Source: Eledone cirrhosa
Lineage: Eukaryota
Length of the DNA stretch: 64,000 bases
Direction of reading: 5' to 3'
Assembly: GCA_964016885.1 (NCBI GenBank)
Contig: OZ024742.1
Coordinates: 24,862,001 to 24,926,000 of the forward strand
The notes beneath the pieces were generated by a model, which saw only the letters and a program-made list of their open reading frames with translations, did no database searches and was not told the origin of the DNA. Below, piece after piece: positions 1 through 18,900 of the stretch (within the stretch, counting starts at the first letter, position 1; each line of letters opens with the position of its first letter). Position numbers and translations under genes: made by a program.

Positions 1-3000
1 AACATACACATACACTAACACACTGACTCAACATACACATACACTCACACACTGACTGAACATACACATACACTCACACACTGGCTGAACATACACATAC
101 ACTCACACATTGATTGAACATACACATACACTCACACACTGACTGAACATACACATACACTCACACACTGACTGAACATACACATACACTGATACACTGA
201 CTGAACATACACATACACTCACACACTGACTGAACATACACATACACTCACACACTGACTGAACATACTCATACACTCATACACTGACTGAACATACACA
301 TACACTCACACACTGACTGAACATACACATACACTCACACACTGACTGAACATACTCATACGCTCACACACTGACTGAACATACACATACACTCACACAC
401 TGACTGAACATACACATACACTCACACACTGACTGAACATACACATACACTCATACACTGACTGAACATACACATACACTCATACACTGACTGAACATAC
501 ACATACACTCACACATTAACTGAACATACACATACACTCACACACTGACTGAACATACACATACACTCATACACTGACTGAACATACACATACACTCACA
601 CATTAACTGAACATACACATACACTCACACACTGACTGAACATACACATACACTCATACACTGACTGAACATACACATACACTCACACACTGACTGAACA
701 TACACATACTCTCACACACTGACTGAACATACACATACACTAACACACTGACTGAACATACACATACACTCACACACTGACTGACCATACACATACACTC
801 ACACATTGACTGAACATACACATACACTCACACACTGACTGAACATACACATACACTCACACATTGACTGAACATACACATACACTCACACACTGACTGA
901 ACATACACATACACTCACACACTGACTGAACATACACAAACACTCACACATGACTGAACATACACATACACTCACACACTGACTGAACATACACATACAC
1001 TCACACACTGGCGGAAACATACACATACACTCACACACTGACTGAACATACACATACACTCACACACTGACTGAACATACACATACACTCACACACTGAC
1101 TGAACATACTCATACACTCACACACTGACTGAACATACACATACACTCACACACTGACTGAACATACACATACACTCACACACTGACTGAACATACACAT
1201 ACACTCACACACTGACTGACCATACACATACACTCACACACTGACTGAACATACACATACACTCACACATTGACTGAACAAACACATACACTCACACACT
1301 GACTGAACATACACATACACTCACACACTGACTGAACATACACATACACTCACACACTGACTGAACATACACATACACTCACACACTGACTGAACATACA
1401 CATACACTCACACACTGACTGAAACATACACATACTCTCACACACTGACTGAACATACACATACAGTCACACACTAACTGAACATACACATACACTCACA
1501 CACTGAGTGAACATACACATACACTCACACACTGGCTGAACATACATATACACTCACACACTGACTGAACATACACATACACTCACACACTGACTGAACA
1601 TACATATACACTCACACACTGACTGAACATACACATACACTCACACACTGACTGAACATACAGATACACTCACACATTAACTGAACATACACATACACTC
1701 ACACATGACTGAACATACACATACACTCACACACTGACTGAAACATACACATACTATCACACACTGACTGGACATACACATACACTCACACACTAACTGA
1801 ACATACACATACACTCACACACTGACTGAACATACACATACACTCACACACTGACTGAACATACACATACACTCACACACTAACTGAACATACACATACA
1901 CTCACACACTGACTGAACATACACATACACTCACACACTGACTGAACATACACATACACTCACACATTGCCTGAACATACACATACACTCACACACTGAC
2001 TGAACATACACATACACTCACACACTGACTGAACATACATATACACTCACACACTGACTGAACATACACATACACTCACATACTGACTGAACATACACAT
2101 ACACTCACACACTGACTGAAACATACACATACACTCACACACTGACTGAACATACACATACACTCACACACTGACTGAACATACACATACACTCACACAC
2201 TGACTGAACATACACATACACTCACACACTGACTGAACATACATATACACTCACACACTGACTGAACATACACATACACTCACACACTGACTGAACATAC
2301 ACATACACTCACACATTAACTGAACATACACATACACTCACACATGACTGAATATACACATACACTCACACACTGACTGAAACATACACATACTCTCACA
2401 CACTGACTGAACATACACATACACTCACACACTAACTGAACATACATATACACTCACACATTGCCTGAACATACACATACACCCACACACTGACTGAACA
2501 TACACATACACTCACACACTGACTGAAACATACACATACACTCACACACTGACTGAACATACACATACACTCACACACTGACTGAACATACACATACACT
2601 CACACACTGACTGAACATACATATACACTCACACATTGACTGAAACATACACATACACTCACACACTGACTGAACATACACATACACTCACACACTGACT
2701 GAACATACACATACACTCACACACTGACTGAACATACACATACACTCACACACTGACTGAATCATACACATACACTCACACACTGACTGAACATACACAT
2801 ACACTCACACATTGACTGAACATACACATACACTCACACACTAACTGAACATACACATACACTCACACACTGACTGAACATACACATACACTCACACACT
2901 GACTGAACATACACATACACTCACACATTGCCTGAACATACACATACACTCACACACTGACTGAACATACACATACACTCACACACTGACTGAACATACA

Positions 3001-3930
3001 CATACACTCACACACTGACTGAACATACATATACACTCACACACTGACTGAACATACACATACACTCACACACTGACTGAACATACACATACACTCACAC
3101 ACTGACTGAACATACACATACACTCACACACTGACTGAACATACACATACACTCACACACTGACTGAACATACATATACACTCACACACTGACTGAACAT
3201 ACACATACACTCACACACTGACTGAACATACACATACACTCACACACTGACTGAAACATACACATACACTCACACACTGACTGAACGTACACATACACTC
3301 ACACACTGACTGAACATACACATACACTCACACACTGACTGAACATACATATACACTCACACACTGGCTGAACATACACATACACTCACACATTAACTGA
3401 ACATACACATACACTCACACATGACTGAACATACACATACACTCACACACTGACTCAACATACACATACACTCACACACTGACTGAACATACACATACAC
3501 TCACACACTGACTGAACATACACAAACACTCACACACTAACTGGACATACACATACACTCACACACTGACTGAACATACACATACACCCACACACTAACT
3601 GAACATACACAAACACTTACACACTGACTGAACATATACATACACTCACACACTGACTGAACATACACATACACTCACACACTGACTGAACATACACATA
3701 TACTCACACACTGACTGAACATACACATACACTCACACACTGACTGAACATACTCATACACTCACACACTGACTGAACATACACATACACTCACACACTG
3801 ACTGAACATACACATACACTCACACACTGACTGAACATACACAAACACTCACACACTGACTGAACATACACATACACTCACACATTGACTGAACATACAC
3901 ATACACACACACACTGACTGAACATACACA

Positions 3931-6900
3931 TACACTCACACACTGACTGAACATACACATACACTGACACACTGACTGAACATACACAAACACTCACACA
4001 CTGACTGAACATACACATACACTCACACCCTGACTGAACATACACAAAAACTCACACACTGACTGAACATACACAAACAATCACACACTGACTGAACATA
4101 CACATACACTCACACGGTGACTGAACATACACATACACTCACACGCTGACTGAACATACACATACACTCACACACTGACTGAACATACACATACACTCAC
4201 ACACTGGCTGAACATACACATACACTCACACACTGACTGAACATACACATACACTCACACACTGGCTGAACATACACATACACTCACACACTGACTGAAC
4301 ATACACATACACTCACACACTGACTGAACATACACAAACACTCACACACTGACTGAACATACACAAACACGCACACACTAACTGGACATACACATACACT
4401 CACACACTGACTGAACATACACATACACTCACACACTAACTGAACATACACAAACACTCACACACTGACTGAACATACACATACACTCACACATTGACTG
4501 AACATACACATACACTTACACACTGACTGAACATACACATACACTCACACACTGACTGAACATACACATACACTCACACACTGACTGAACATACACATAC
4601 ACTCACACACTGACTGAACATACTCATACACTCACACACTGACTGAACATACACATACACTCACACACTGACTGAACATACACATACACTCACACACTGA
4701 CTGAACATACACAAACACTCACACATTGACTGAACATACACATACACTCACACACTGACTGAACATACACATACACTCACACACTGACTGAACATACACA
4801 TACACTCACACACTGGTTGAACATACACATACACCCACACACTGACTGAACATACACATACACTCACACACTGACTGAACATACATATACACTCACACAC
4901 TGACTGAACATACACATACACTCACACACTGACTGAACATACACATACACTCACACACTGACTGAACATACACATACACTCACACACTGACTGAACATAC
5001 ACATACACTCACACACTGACTGAACATACACATACACTCACACACTAACTGAACATAGACATACACTCACACACTGGTTGAACATACACATACACTAACA
5101 CACTGACTCAACATACACATACACTCACGCACTGACTGAACATACACATACACTCACACACTGACTGAACATACACATACACTCACACACTAACTGAACA
5201 TAGACATACACTCACACACTGGTTGAACATACACATACACTCACACACTGACTGAACATACACATACATTCACACACTGACTGAACATACACAAACACTC
5301 ACACACTAACTGGACATACACATACACTCACAAACTGACTGAACATACACATACACTCACACACTAACTGAACATACACAAACACTCACACACTGACTGA
5401 ACATACACATACACTCACACATTGACTGAACATACACATACACACACACACTGGCTGAACATACACATACACTCACACACTGACTGAACATACACATACA
5501 CTCAGACATTGACTGAACATACACAAACACTCACACACTAACTGAACATACACATACACTCACACACTGACTGAATATACACATACACTCACACACTGAC
5601 TGAACATACACATACACTCACACACTGACTGACCATACACATACACTCACACACTGACTGAACATACACATACACTCACACACTGACTGAACATACACAT
5701 ACACTCACACATTGACTGAACATACACAAACACTCACACACTGACTGAACATACACATACACTCACACACTGACTGAACATACACATACACACACACACT
5801 GACTGAACATACACATACACTCACACACTGACTGAACATACACATACACTCACACACTGACTGAACATACACATACACTCACACACTGACTGAACATACA
5901 CAAACACTCACACACTGACTGAACATACACATACACTCACACACTGACTGAACATACACAAACACTCACACACTGGCTCAACATACAAACTCTCACACAC
6001 TGACTGAACATACACATACACTCTCACACTGACTGAACATACACATACACTCACACACTGACTGAACATACACATACACTCACACACTGACTGAACATAC
6101 ACATACACTCACACACTGACTGAACATACACATACACTCACACATTGACTGAACATACACATACACTCACACACTGACTGAACATACACATACACTCACA
6201 CACTGACTGCACATACACATACACTCACACACTGACTGAACATACACAAACACTCACACACTGACTCAACATACACAAACACTCACACACTGACTGAACA
6301 TACACATACACTCACACACTGACTGAACATACACATACACTCACACACTGACTGAACATACACATACACTCACACATTGACTGAACATACACAAACACTC
6401 ACACATTGACTGAACGTACACATACACTTACACACTGACTGAACATACACATATACTCACACACTGACTGAACATACACATACACTCACACATTGACTGA
6501 ACATACACAAACACTCACATATTGACTGAACGTACACATACACTTACACACTGACTGAACATACACATACACTCACACACTGACTGAACATACACATACA
6601 CTCACACACTGACTGAACATACACAAACACTCACACATTGACTGAACATACACATACACTCACACACTGACTGAACATACACATACACTCACACACTGAC
6701 TGAACATACACATACACTCACACACTGACTGAACATACACATACACTCACACACTGACTGAACATACATATACACTCACACACTGACTGAACATACACAT
6801 ACACTCACACACTGACTGAACATACACATACACTCACACACTGACTGAACATACACATACACTCACACACTGACTGAACATACACATACACTCACACACT

Positions 6901-9900
6901 GACTGAACATACACATACACTCACACACTAACTGAACATAGACATACACTCACACACTGGTTGAACATACACATACACTAACACACTGACTCAACATACA
7001 CATACACTCACACACTGACTGAACATACACATACACTCACACACTGACTGAACATACACATACACTCACACACTAACTGAACATAGACATACACTCACAC
7101 ACTGGTTGAACATACACATACACTAACACACTGACTCAACATACACATACACTCACACACTGACTGAACATACACATACACTCACACACTGGCTGAACAT
7201 ACACATACACTCACACATTGATTGAACATACACATACACTCACACACTGACTGAACATACACATACACTCACACACTGACTGAACATACACATACACTGA
7301 TACACTGACTGAACATACACATACACTCACACACTGACTGAACATACACATACACTCACACACTGACTGAACATACTCATACACTCATACACTGACTGAA
7401 CATACACATACACTCACACACTGACTGAACATACACATACACTCACACACTGACTGAACATACTCATACACTCACACACTGACTGAACATACACATACAC
7501 TCACACACTGACTGAACATACACATACACTCACACACTGACTGAACATACACATACACTCATACACTGACTGAACATACACATACACTCACACATTAACT
7601 GAACATACACATACACTCACACACTGACTGAACATACACATACACTCATACACTGACTGAACATACACATACACTCACACATTAACTGAACATACACATA
7701 CACTCACACACTGACTGAACATACACATACACTCATACACTGACTGAACATACACATACACTCACACACTGACAGAACATACACATACTCTCACACACTG
7801 ACTGAACATACACATACACTAACACACTGACTGAACATACACATACACTCACACACTGACTGACCATACACATACACTCACACATTGACTGAACATACAC
7901 ATACACTCACACACTGACTGAACATACACATACACTCACACATTGACTGAACATACACATACACTCACACACTGACTGAACATACACATACACTCACACA
8001 CTGACTGAACATACACAAACACTCACACATGACTGAACATACACATACACTCACACACTGACTGAACATACACATACACTCACACACTGGCGGAAACATA
8101 CACATACACTCACACACTGACTGAACATACACATACACTCACACACTGACTGAACATACACATACACTCACACACTGACTGAACATACTCATACACTCAC
8201 ACACTGACTGAACATACACATACACTCACACACTGACTGATCATACACATACACTCACACACTGACTGAACATACACATACACTCACACACTGACTGACC
8301 ATACACATACACTCACACACTGACTGAACATACACATACACTCACACATTGACTGAACAAACACATACACTCACACACTGACTGAACATACACATACACT
8401 CACACACTGACTGAACATACACATACACTCACACACTGACTGAACATACACATACACTCACACACTGACTGAACATACACATACACTCACACACTGACTG
8501 AAACATACACATACTCTCACACACTGACTGAACATACACATACAGTCACACACTAACTGAACATACACATACACTCACACACTGAGTGAACATACACATA
8601 CACTCACACACTGGCTGAACATACATATACACTCACACACTGACTGAACATACACATACACTCACACACTGACTGAACATACATATACACTCACACACTG
8701 ACTGAACATACACATACACTCACACACTGACTGAACATACAGATACACTCACACATTAACTGAACATGCACATACACTCACACACTAACTGAACATAGAC
8801 ATACACTCACACACTGGTTGAACATACACATACACTCACACACTGACTGAACATACACATACATTCACACACTGACTGAACATACACAAACACTCACACA
8901 CTAACTGGACATACACATACACTCACAAACTGACTGAACATACACATACACTCACACACTAACTGAACATACACAAACACTCACACACTGACTGAACATA
9001 CACATACACTCACACATTGACTGAACATACACATACACACACACACTGGCTGAACATACACATACACTCACACACTGACTGAACATACACATACACTCAC
9101 ACATTGACTGAACATACACAAACACTCACACACTAACTGAACATACACATACACTCACACACTGACTGAATATACACATACACTCACACACTGACTGAAC
9201 ATACACATACACTCACACACTGACTGACCATACACATACACTCACACACTGACTGAACATACACATACACTCACACACTGACTGAACATACACATACACT
9301 CACACATTGACTGAACATACACAAACACTCACACACTGACTGAACATACACATACACTCACACACTGACGGAACATACACATACACACACACACTGACTG
9401 AACATACACATACACTCACACACTGACTGAACATACACATACACTCACACACTGACTGAACATACACATACACTCACACACTGACTGAACATACACATAC
9501 ACTCACACATTGACTGAACAAACACAAACACTCACACACTGACTGAACATACACATACACTCACACACTGACTGAACATACACATACACTCACACATTCA
9601 CTGAACATACACATACACTCACACACTGACTGAACATACACATACTCTCACACACTGACTAAACATACACATACACTAACACACTGACTGAACATACACA
9701 TACACTCACACACTGACTGACCATACACATACACTCACACATTGACTGAACATACACATACACTCACACACTGACTGAACATACACATACACTCACACAT
9801 TGACTGAACATACACATACACTCACACACTGACTGAACATACACATACACTCACACACTGACTGAACATACACAAACACTCACACATGACTGAACATACA

Positions 9901-12900
9901 CATACACTCACACACTGACTGAACATACACATACACTCACACACTGGCGGAAACATACACATACACTCACACACTGACTGAACATACACATACACTCACA
10001 CACTGACTGAACATACACATACACTCACACACTGACTGAACATACTCATACACTCACACACTGACTGAACATACACATACACTCACACACTGACTGAACA
10101 TACACATACACTCACACACTGACTGAACATACACATACACTCACACACTGACTGACCATACACATACACTCACACACTGACTGAACATACACATACACTC
10201 ACACATTGACTGAACAAACACATACACTCACACACTGACTGAACATACACATACACTCACACACTGACTGAACATACACATACACTCACACACTGACTGA
10301 ACATACACATACACTCACACACTGACTGAACATACACATACACTCACACACTGACTGAAACATACACATACTCTCACACACTGACTGAACATACACATAC
10401 AGTCACACACTAACTGAACATACACATACACTCACACACTGAGTGAACATACACATACACTCACACACTGGCTGAACATACATATACACTCACACACTGA
10501 CTGAACATACACATACACTCACACACTGACTGAACATACATATACACTCACACACTGACTGAACATACACATACACTCACACACTGACTGAACATACAGA
10601 TACACTCACACATTAACTGAACATACACATACACTCACACATGACTGAACATACACATACACTCACACACTGACTGAAACATACACATACTATCACACAC
10701 TGACTGAACATACACATACACTCACACACTAACTGAACATACACATACACTCACACACTGACTGAACATACACATACACTCACACACTGACTGAACATAC
10801 ACATACACTCACACACTAACTGAACATACACATACACTCACACACTGACTGAACATACACATACACTCACACATTGCCTGAACATACACATACACTCACA
10901 CACTGACTGAACATACACATACACTCACACACTGACTGAACATACATATACACTCACACACTGACTGAACATACACATACACTCACATACTGACTGAACA
11001 TACACATACACTCACACACTGACTGAAACATACATATACACTCACACACTGACTGAACATACACATACACTCACACACTGACTGAACATACACATACACT
11101 CACACACTGACTGAACATACACATACACTCACACACTGACTGAACATACATATACACTCACACACTGACTGAACATACACATACACTCACACACTGACTG
11201 AACATACACATACACTCACACATTAACTGAACATACACATACACTCACACATGACTGAATATACACATACACTCACACACTGACTGAAACATACACATAC
11301 TCTCACACACTGACTGAACATACACATACACTCACACACTAACTGAACATACATATACACTCACACATTGCCTGAACATACACATACACCCACACACTGA
11401 CTGAACATACACATACACTCACACACTGACTGAAACATACACATACACTCACACACTGACTGAACATACACATACACTCACACACTGACTGAACATACAC
11501 ATACACTCACACACTGACTGAACATACATATACACTCACACATTGACTGAAACATACACATACACTCACACACTGACTGAACATACACATACACTCACAC
11601 ACTGACTGAACATACACATACACTCACACACTGACTGAACATACACATACACTCACACACTGACTGAATCATACACATACACTCACACACTGACTGAACA
11701 TACACATACACTCACACATTGACTGAACATACACATACACTCACACACTAACTGAACATACACATACACTCACACACTGACTGAACATACACATACACTC
11801 ACACACTGACTGAACATACACATACACTCACACATTGCCTGAACATACACATACACTCACACACTGACTGAACATACAAATACACTCACACACTGACTGA
11901 ACATACACATACACTGACACACTGACTGAACATACACAAACACTCACACACTGACTGAACATACACATACACTCACACCCTGACTGAACATACACAAAAA
12001 CTCACACACTGACTGAACATACACAAACAATCACACACTGACTGAACATACACATACACTCACACGGTGACTGAACATACACATACACTCACACGCTGAC
12101 TGAACATACACATACACTCACACACTGACTGAACATACACATACACTCACACACTGGCTGAACATACACATACACTCACACACTGACTGAACATACACAT
12201 ACACTCACACACTGGCTGAACATACACATACACTCACACACTGACTGAACATACACATACACTCACACACTGACTGAACATACACAAACACTCACACACT
12301 GACTGAACATACACAAACACGCACACACTAACTGGACATACACATACACTCACACACTGACTGAACATACACATACACTCACACACTAACTGAACATACA
12401 CAAACACTCACACACTGACTGAACATACACATACACTCACACATTGACTGAACATACACATACACTTACACACTGACTGAACATACACATACACTCACAC
12501 ACTGACTGAACATACACATACACTCACACACTGACTGAACATACACATACACTCACACACTGACTGAACATACTCATACACTCACACACTGACTGAACAT
12601 ACACATACACTCACACACTGACTGAACATACACATACACTCACACACTGACTGAACATACACAAACACTCACACATTGACTGAACATACACATACACTCA
12701 CACACTGACTGAACATACACATACACTCACACACTGACTGAACATACACATACACTCACACACTGGTTGAACATACACATACACCCACACACTGACTGAA
12801 CATACACATACACTCACACACTGACTGAACATACATATACACTCACACACTGACTGAACATACACATACACTCACACACTGACTGAACATACACATACAC

Positions 12901-15900
12901 TCACACACTGACTGAACATACACATACACTCACACACTGACTGAACATACACATACACTCACACACTGACTGAACATACACATACACTCACACACTAACT
13001 GAACATAGACATACACTCACACACTGGTTGAACATACACATACACTAACACACTGACTCAACATACACATACACTCACGCACTGACTGAACATACACATA
13101 CACTCACACACTGACTGAACATACACATACACTCACACACTAACTGAACATAGACATACACTCACACACTGGTTGAACATACACATACACTCACACACTG
13201 ACTGAACATACACATACATTCACACACTGACTGAACATACACAAACACTCACACACTAACTGGACATACACATACACTCACAAACTGACTGAACATACAC
13301 ATACACTCACACACTAACTGAACATACACAAACACTCACACACTGACTGAACATACACATACACTCACACATTGACTGAACATACACATACACACACACA
13401 CTGGCTGAACATACACATACACTCACACACTGACTGAACATACACATACACTCAGACATTGACTGAACATACACAAACACTCACACACTAACTGAACATA
13501 CACATACACTCACACACTGACTGAATATACACATACACTCACACACTGACTGAACATACACATACACTCACACACTGACTGACCATACACATACACTCAC
13601 ACACTGACTGAACATACACATACACTCACACACTGACTGAACATACACATACACTCACACATTGACTGAACATACACAAACACTCACACACTGACTGAAC
13701 ATACACATACACTCACACACTGACTGAACATACACATACACACACACACTGACTGAACATACACATACACTCACACACTGACTGAACATACACATACACT
13801 CACACACTGACTGAACATACACATACACTCACACACTGACTGAACATACACAAACACTCACACACTGACTGAACATACACATACACTCACACACTGACTG
13901 AACATACACAAACACTCACACACTGGCTCAACATACAAACTCTCACACACTGACTGAACATACACATACACTCTCACACTGACTGAACATACACATACAC
14001 TCACACACTGACTGAACATACACATACACTCACACACTGACTGAACATACACATACACTCACACACTGACTGAACATACACATACACTCACACATTGACT
14101 GAACATACACATACACTCACACACTGACTGAACATACACATACACTCACACACTGACTGCACATACACATACACTCACACACTGACTGAACATACACAAA
14201 CACTCACACACTGACTCAACATACACAAACACTCACACACTGACTGAACATACACATACACTCACACACTGACTGAACATACACATACACTCACACACTG
14301 ACTGAACATACACATACACTCACACATTGACTGAACATACACAAACACTCACACATTGACTGAACGTACACATACACTTACACACTGACTGAACATACAC
14401 ATATACTCACACACTGACTGAACATACACATACACTCACACATTGACTGAACATACACAAACACTCACATATTGACTGAACGTACACATACACTTACACA
14501 CTGACTGAACATACACATACACTCACACACTGACTGAACATACACATACACTCACACACTGACTGAACATACACAAACACTCACACATTGACTGAACATA
14601 CACATACACTCACACACTGACTGAACATACACATACACTCACACACTGACTGAACATACACATACACTCACACACTGACTGAACATACACATACACTCAC
14701 ACACTGACTGAACATACATATACACTCACACACTGACTGAACATACACATACACTCACACACTGACTGAACATACACATACACTCACACACTGACTGAAC
14801 ATACACATACACTCACACACTGACTGAACATACACATACACTCACACACTGACTGAACATACACATACACTCACACACTAACTGAACATAGACATACACT
14901 CACACACTGGTTGAACATACACATACACTAACACACTGACTCAACATACACATACACTCACACACTGACTGAACATACACATACACTCACACACTGACTG
15001 AACATACACATACACTCACACACTAACTGAACATAGACATACACTCACACACTGGTTGAACATACACATACACTAACACACTGACTCAACATACACATAC
15101 ACTCACACACTGACTGAACATACACATACACTCACACACTGGCTGAACATACACATACACTCACACATTGATTGAACATACACATACACTCACACACTGA
15201 CTGAACATACACATACACTCACACACTGACTGAACATACACATACACTGATACACTGACTGAACATACACATACACTCACACACTGACTGAACATACACA
15301 TACACTCACACACTGACTGAACATACTCATACACTCATACACTGACTGAACATACACATACACTCACACACTGACTGAACATACACATACACTCACACAC
15401 TGACTGAACATACTCATACACTCACACACTGACTGAACATACACATACACTCACACACTGACTGAACATACACATACACTCACACACTGACTGAACATAC
15501 ACATACACTCATACACTGACTGAACATACACATACACTCACACATTAACTGAACATACACATACACTCACACACTGACTGAACATACACATACACTCATA
15601 CACTGACTGAACATACACATACACTCACACATTAACTGAACATACACATACACTCACACACTGACTGAACATACACATACACTCATACACTGACTGAACA
15701 TACACATACACTCACACACTGACAGAACATACACATACTCTCACACACTGACTGAACATACACATACACTAACACACTGACTGAACATACACATACACTC
15801 ACACACTGACTGACCATACACATACACTCACACATTGACTGAACATACACATACACTCACACACTGACTGAACATACACATACACTCACACATTGACTGA

Positions 15901-18900
15901 ACATACACATACACTCACACACTGACTGAACATACACATACACTCACACACTGACTGAACATACACAAACACTCACACATGACTGAACATACACATACAC
16001 TCACACACTGACTGAACATACACATACACTCACACACTGGCGGAAACATACACATACACTCACACACTGACTGAACATACACATACACTCACACACTGAC
16101 TGAACATACACATACACTCACACACTGACTGAACATACTCATACACTCACACACTGACTGAACATACACATACACTCACACACTGACTGATCATACACAT
16201 ACACTCACACACTGACTGAACATACACATACACTCACACACTGACTGACCATACACATACACTCACACACTGACTGAACATACACATACACTCACACATT
16301 GACTGAACAAACACATACACTCACACACTGACTGAACATACACATACACTCACACACTGACTGAACATACACATACACTCACACACTGACTGAACATACA
16401 CATACACTCACACACTGACTGAACATACACATACACTCACACACTGACTGAAACATACACATACTCTCACACACTGACTGAACATACACATACAGTCACA
16501 CACTAACTGAACATACACATACACTCACACACTGAGTGAACATACACATACACTCACACACTGGCTGAACATACATATACACTCACACACTGACTGAACA
16601 TACACATACACTCACACACTGACTGAACATACATATACACTCACACACTGACTGAACATACACATACACTCACACACTGACTGAACATACAGATACACTC
16701 ACACATTAACTGAACATGCACATACACTCACACACTAACTGAACATAGACATACACTCACACACTGGTTGAACATACACATACACTCACACACTGACTGA
16801 ACATACACATACATTCACACACTGACTGAACATACACAAACACTCACACACTAACTGGACATACACATACACTCACAAACTGACTGAACATACACATACA
16901 CTCACACACTAACTGAACATACACAAACACTCACACACTGACTGAACATACACATACACTCACACATTGACTGAACATACACATACACACACACACTGGC
17001 TGAACATACACATACACTCACACACTGACTGAACATACACATACACTCACACATTGACTGAACATACACAAACACTCACACACTAACTGAACATACACAT
17101 ACACTCACACACTGACTGAATATACACATACACTCACACACTGACTGAACATACACATACACTCACACACTGACTGACCATACACATACACTCACACACT
17201 GACTGAACATACACATACACTCACACACTGACTGAACATACACATACACTCACACATTGACTGAACATACACAAACACTCACACACTGACTGAACATACA
17301 CATACACTCACACACTGACGGAACATACACATACACACACACACTGACTGAACATACACATACACTCACACACTGACTGAACATACACATACACTCACAC
17401 ACTGACTGAACATACACATACACTCACACACTGACTGAACATACACATACACTCACACATTGACTGAACAAACACAAACACTCACACACTGACTGAACAT
17501 ACACATACACTCACACACTGACTGAACATACTCATACACTCACACATTCACTGAACATACACATACACTCACACACTGACTGAACATACACATACTCTCA
17601 CACACTGACTAAACATACACATACACTAACACACTGACTGAACATACACATACACTCACACACTGACTGACCATACACATACACTCACACATTGACTGAA
17701 CATACACATACACTCACACACTGACTGAACATACACATACACTCACACATTGACTGAACATACACATACACTCACACACTGACTGAACATACACATACAC
17801 TCACACACTGACTGAACATACACAAACACTCACACATGACTGAACATACACATACACTCACACACTGACTGAACATACACATACACTCACACACTGGCGG
17901 AAACATACACATACACTCACACACTGACTGAACATACACATACACTCACACACTGACTGAACATACACATACACTCACACACTGACTGAACATACTCATA
18001 CACTCACACACTGACTGAACATACACATACACTCACACACTGACTGAACATACACATACACTCACACACTGACTGAACATACACATACACTCACACACTG
18101 ACTGACCATACACATACACTCACACACTGACTGAACATACACATACACTCACACATTGACTGAACAAACACATACACTCACACACTGACTGAACATACAC
18201 ATACACTCACACACTGACTGAACATACACATACACTCACACACTGACTGAACATACACATACACTCACACACTGACTGAACATACACATACACTCACACA
18301 CTGACTGAAACATACACATACTCTCACACACTGACTGAACATACACATACAGTCACACACTAACTGAACATACACATACACTCACACACTGAGTGAACAT
18401 ACACATACACTCACACACTGGCTGAACATACATATACACTCACACACTGACTGAACATACACATACACTCACACACTGACTGAACATACATATACACTCA
18501 CACACTGACTGAACATACACATACACTCACACACTGACTGAACATACAGATACACTCACACATTAACTGAACATACACATACACTCACACATGACTGAAC
18601 ATACACATACACTCACACACTGACTGAAACATACACATACTATCACACACTGACTGAACATACACATACACTCACACACTAACTGAACATACACATACAC
18701 TCACACACTGACTGAACATACACATACACTCACACACTGACTGAACATACACATACACTCACACACTAACTGAACATACACATACACTCACACACTGACT
18801 GAACATACACATACACTCACACATTGCCTGAACATACACATACACTCACACACTGACTGAACATACACATACACTCACACACTGACTGAACATACATATA

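Noticed and set aside
362-1771. Singleton variants (CGCTC at 362, TGACTGGAC at 1771)
   Set aside because: Single-base differences that cannot be distinguished from sequencing error or ordinary recent mutation without reads.
5908-6108. 66-aa Cys/Val-rich ORF on the minus strand
   Set aside because: It is a translation of the 29-bp repeat cycling through three frames. It stays open only because local variants and a 2-bp deletion avoid the recurring TGA. There is no gene context.
13858-14058. Identical 66-aa ORF
   Set aside because: Copy produced by the 7950-bp duplication, not independent conservation.
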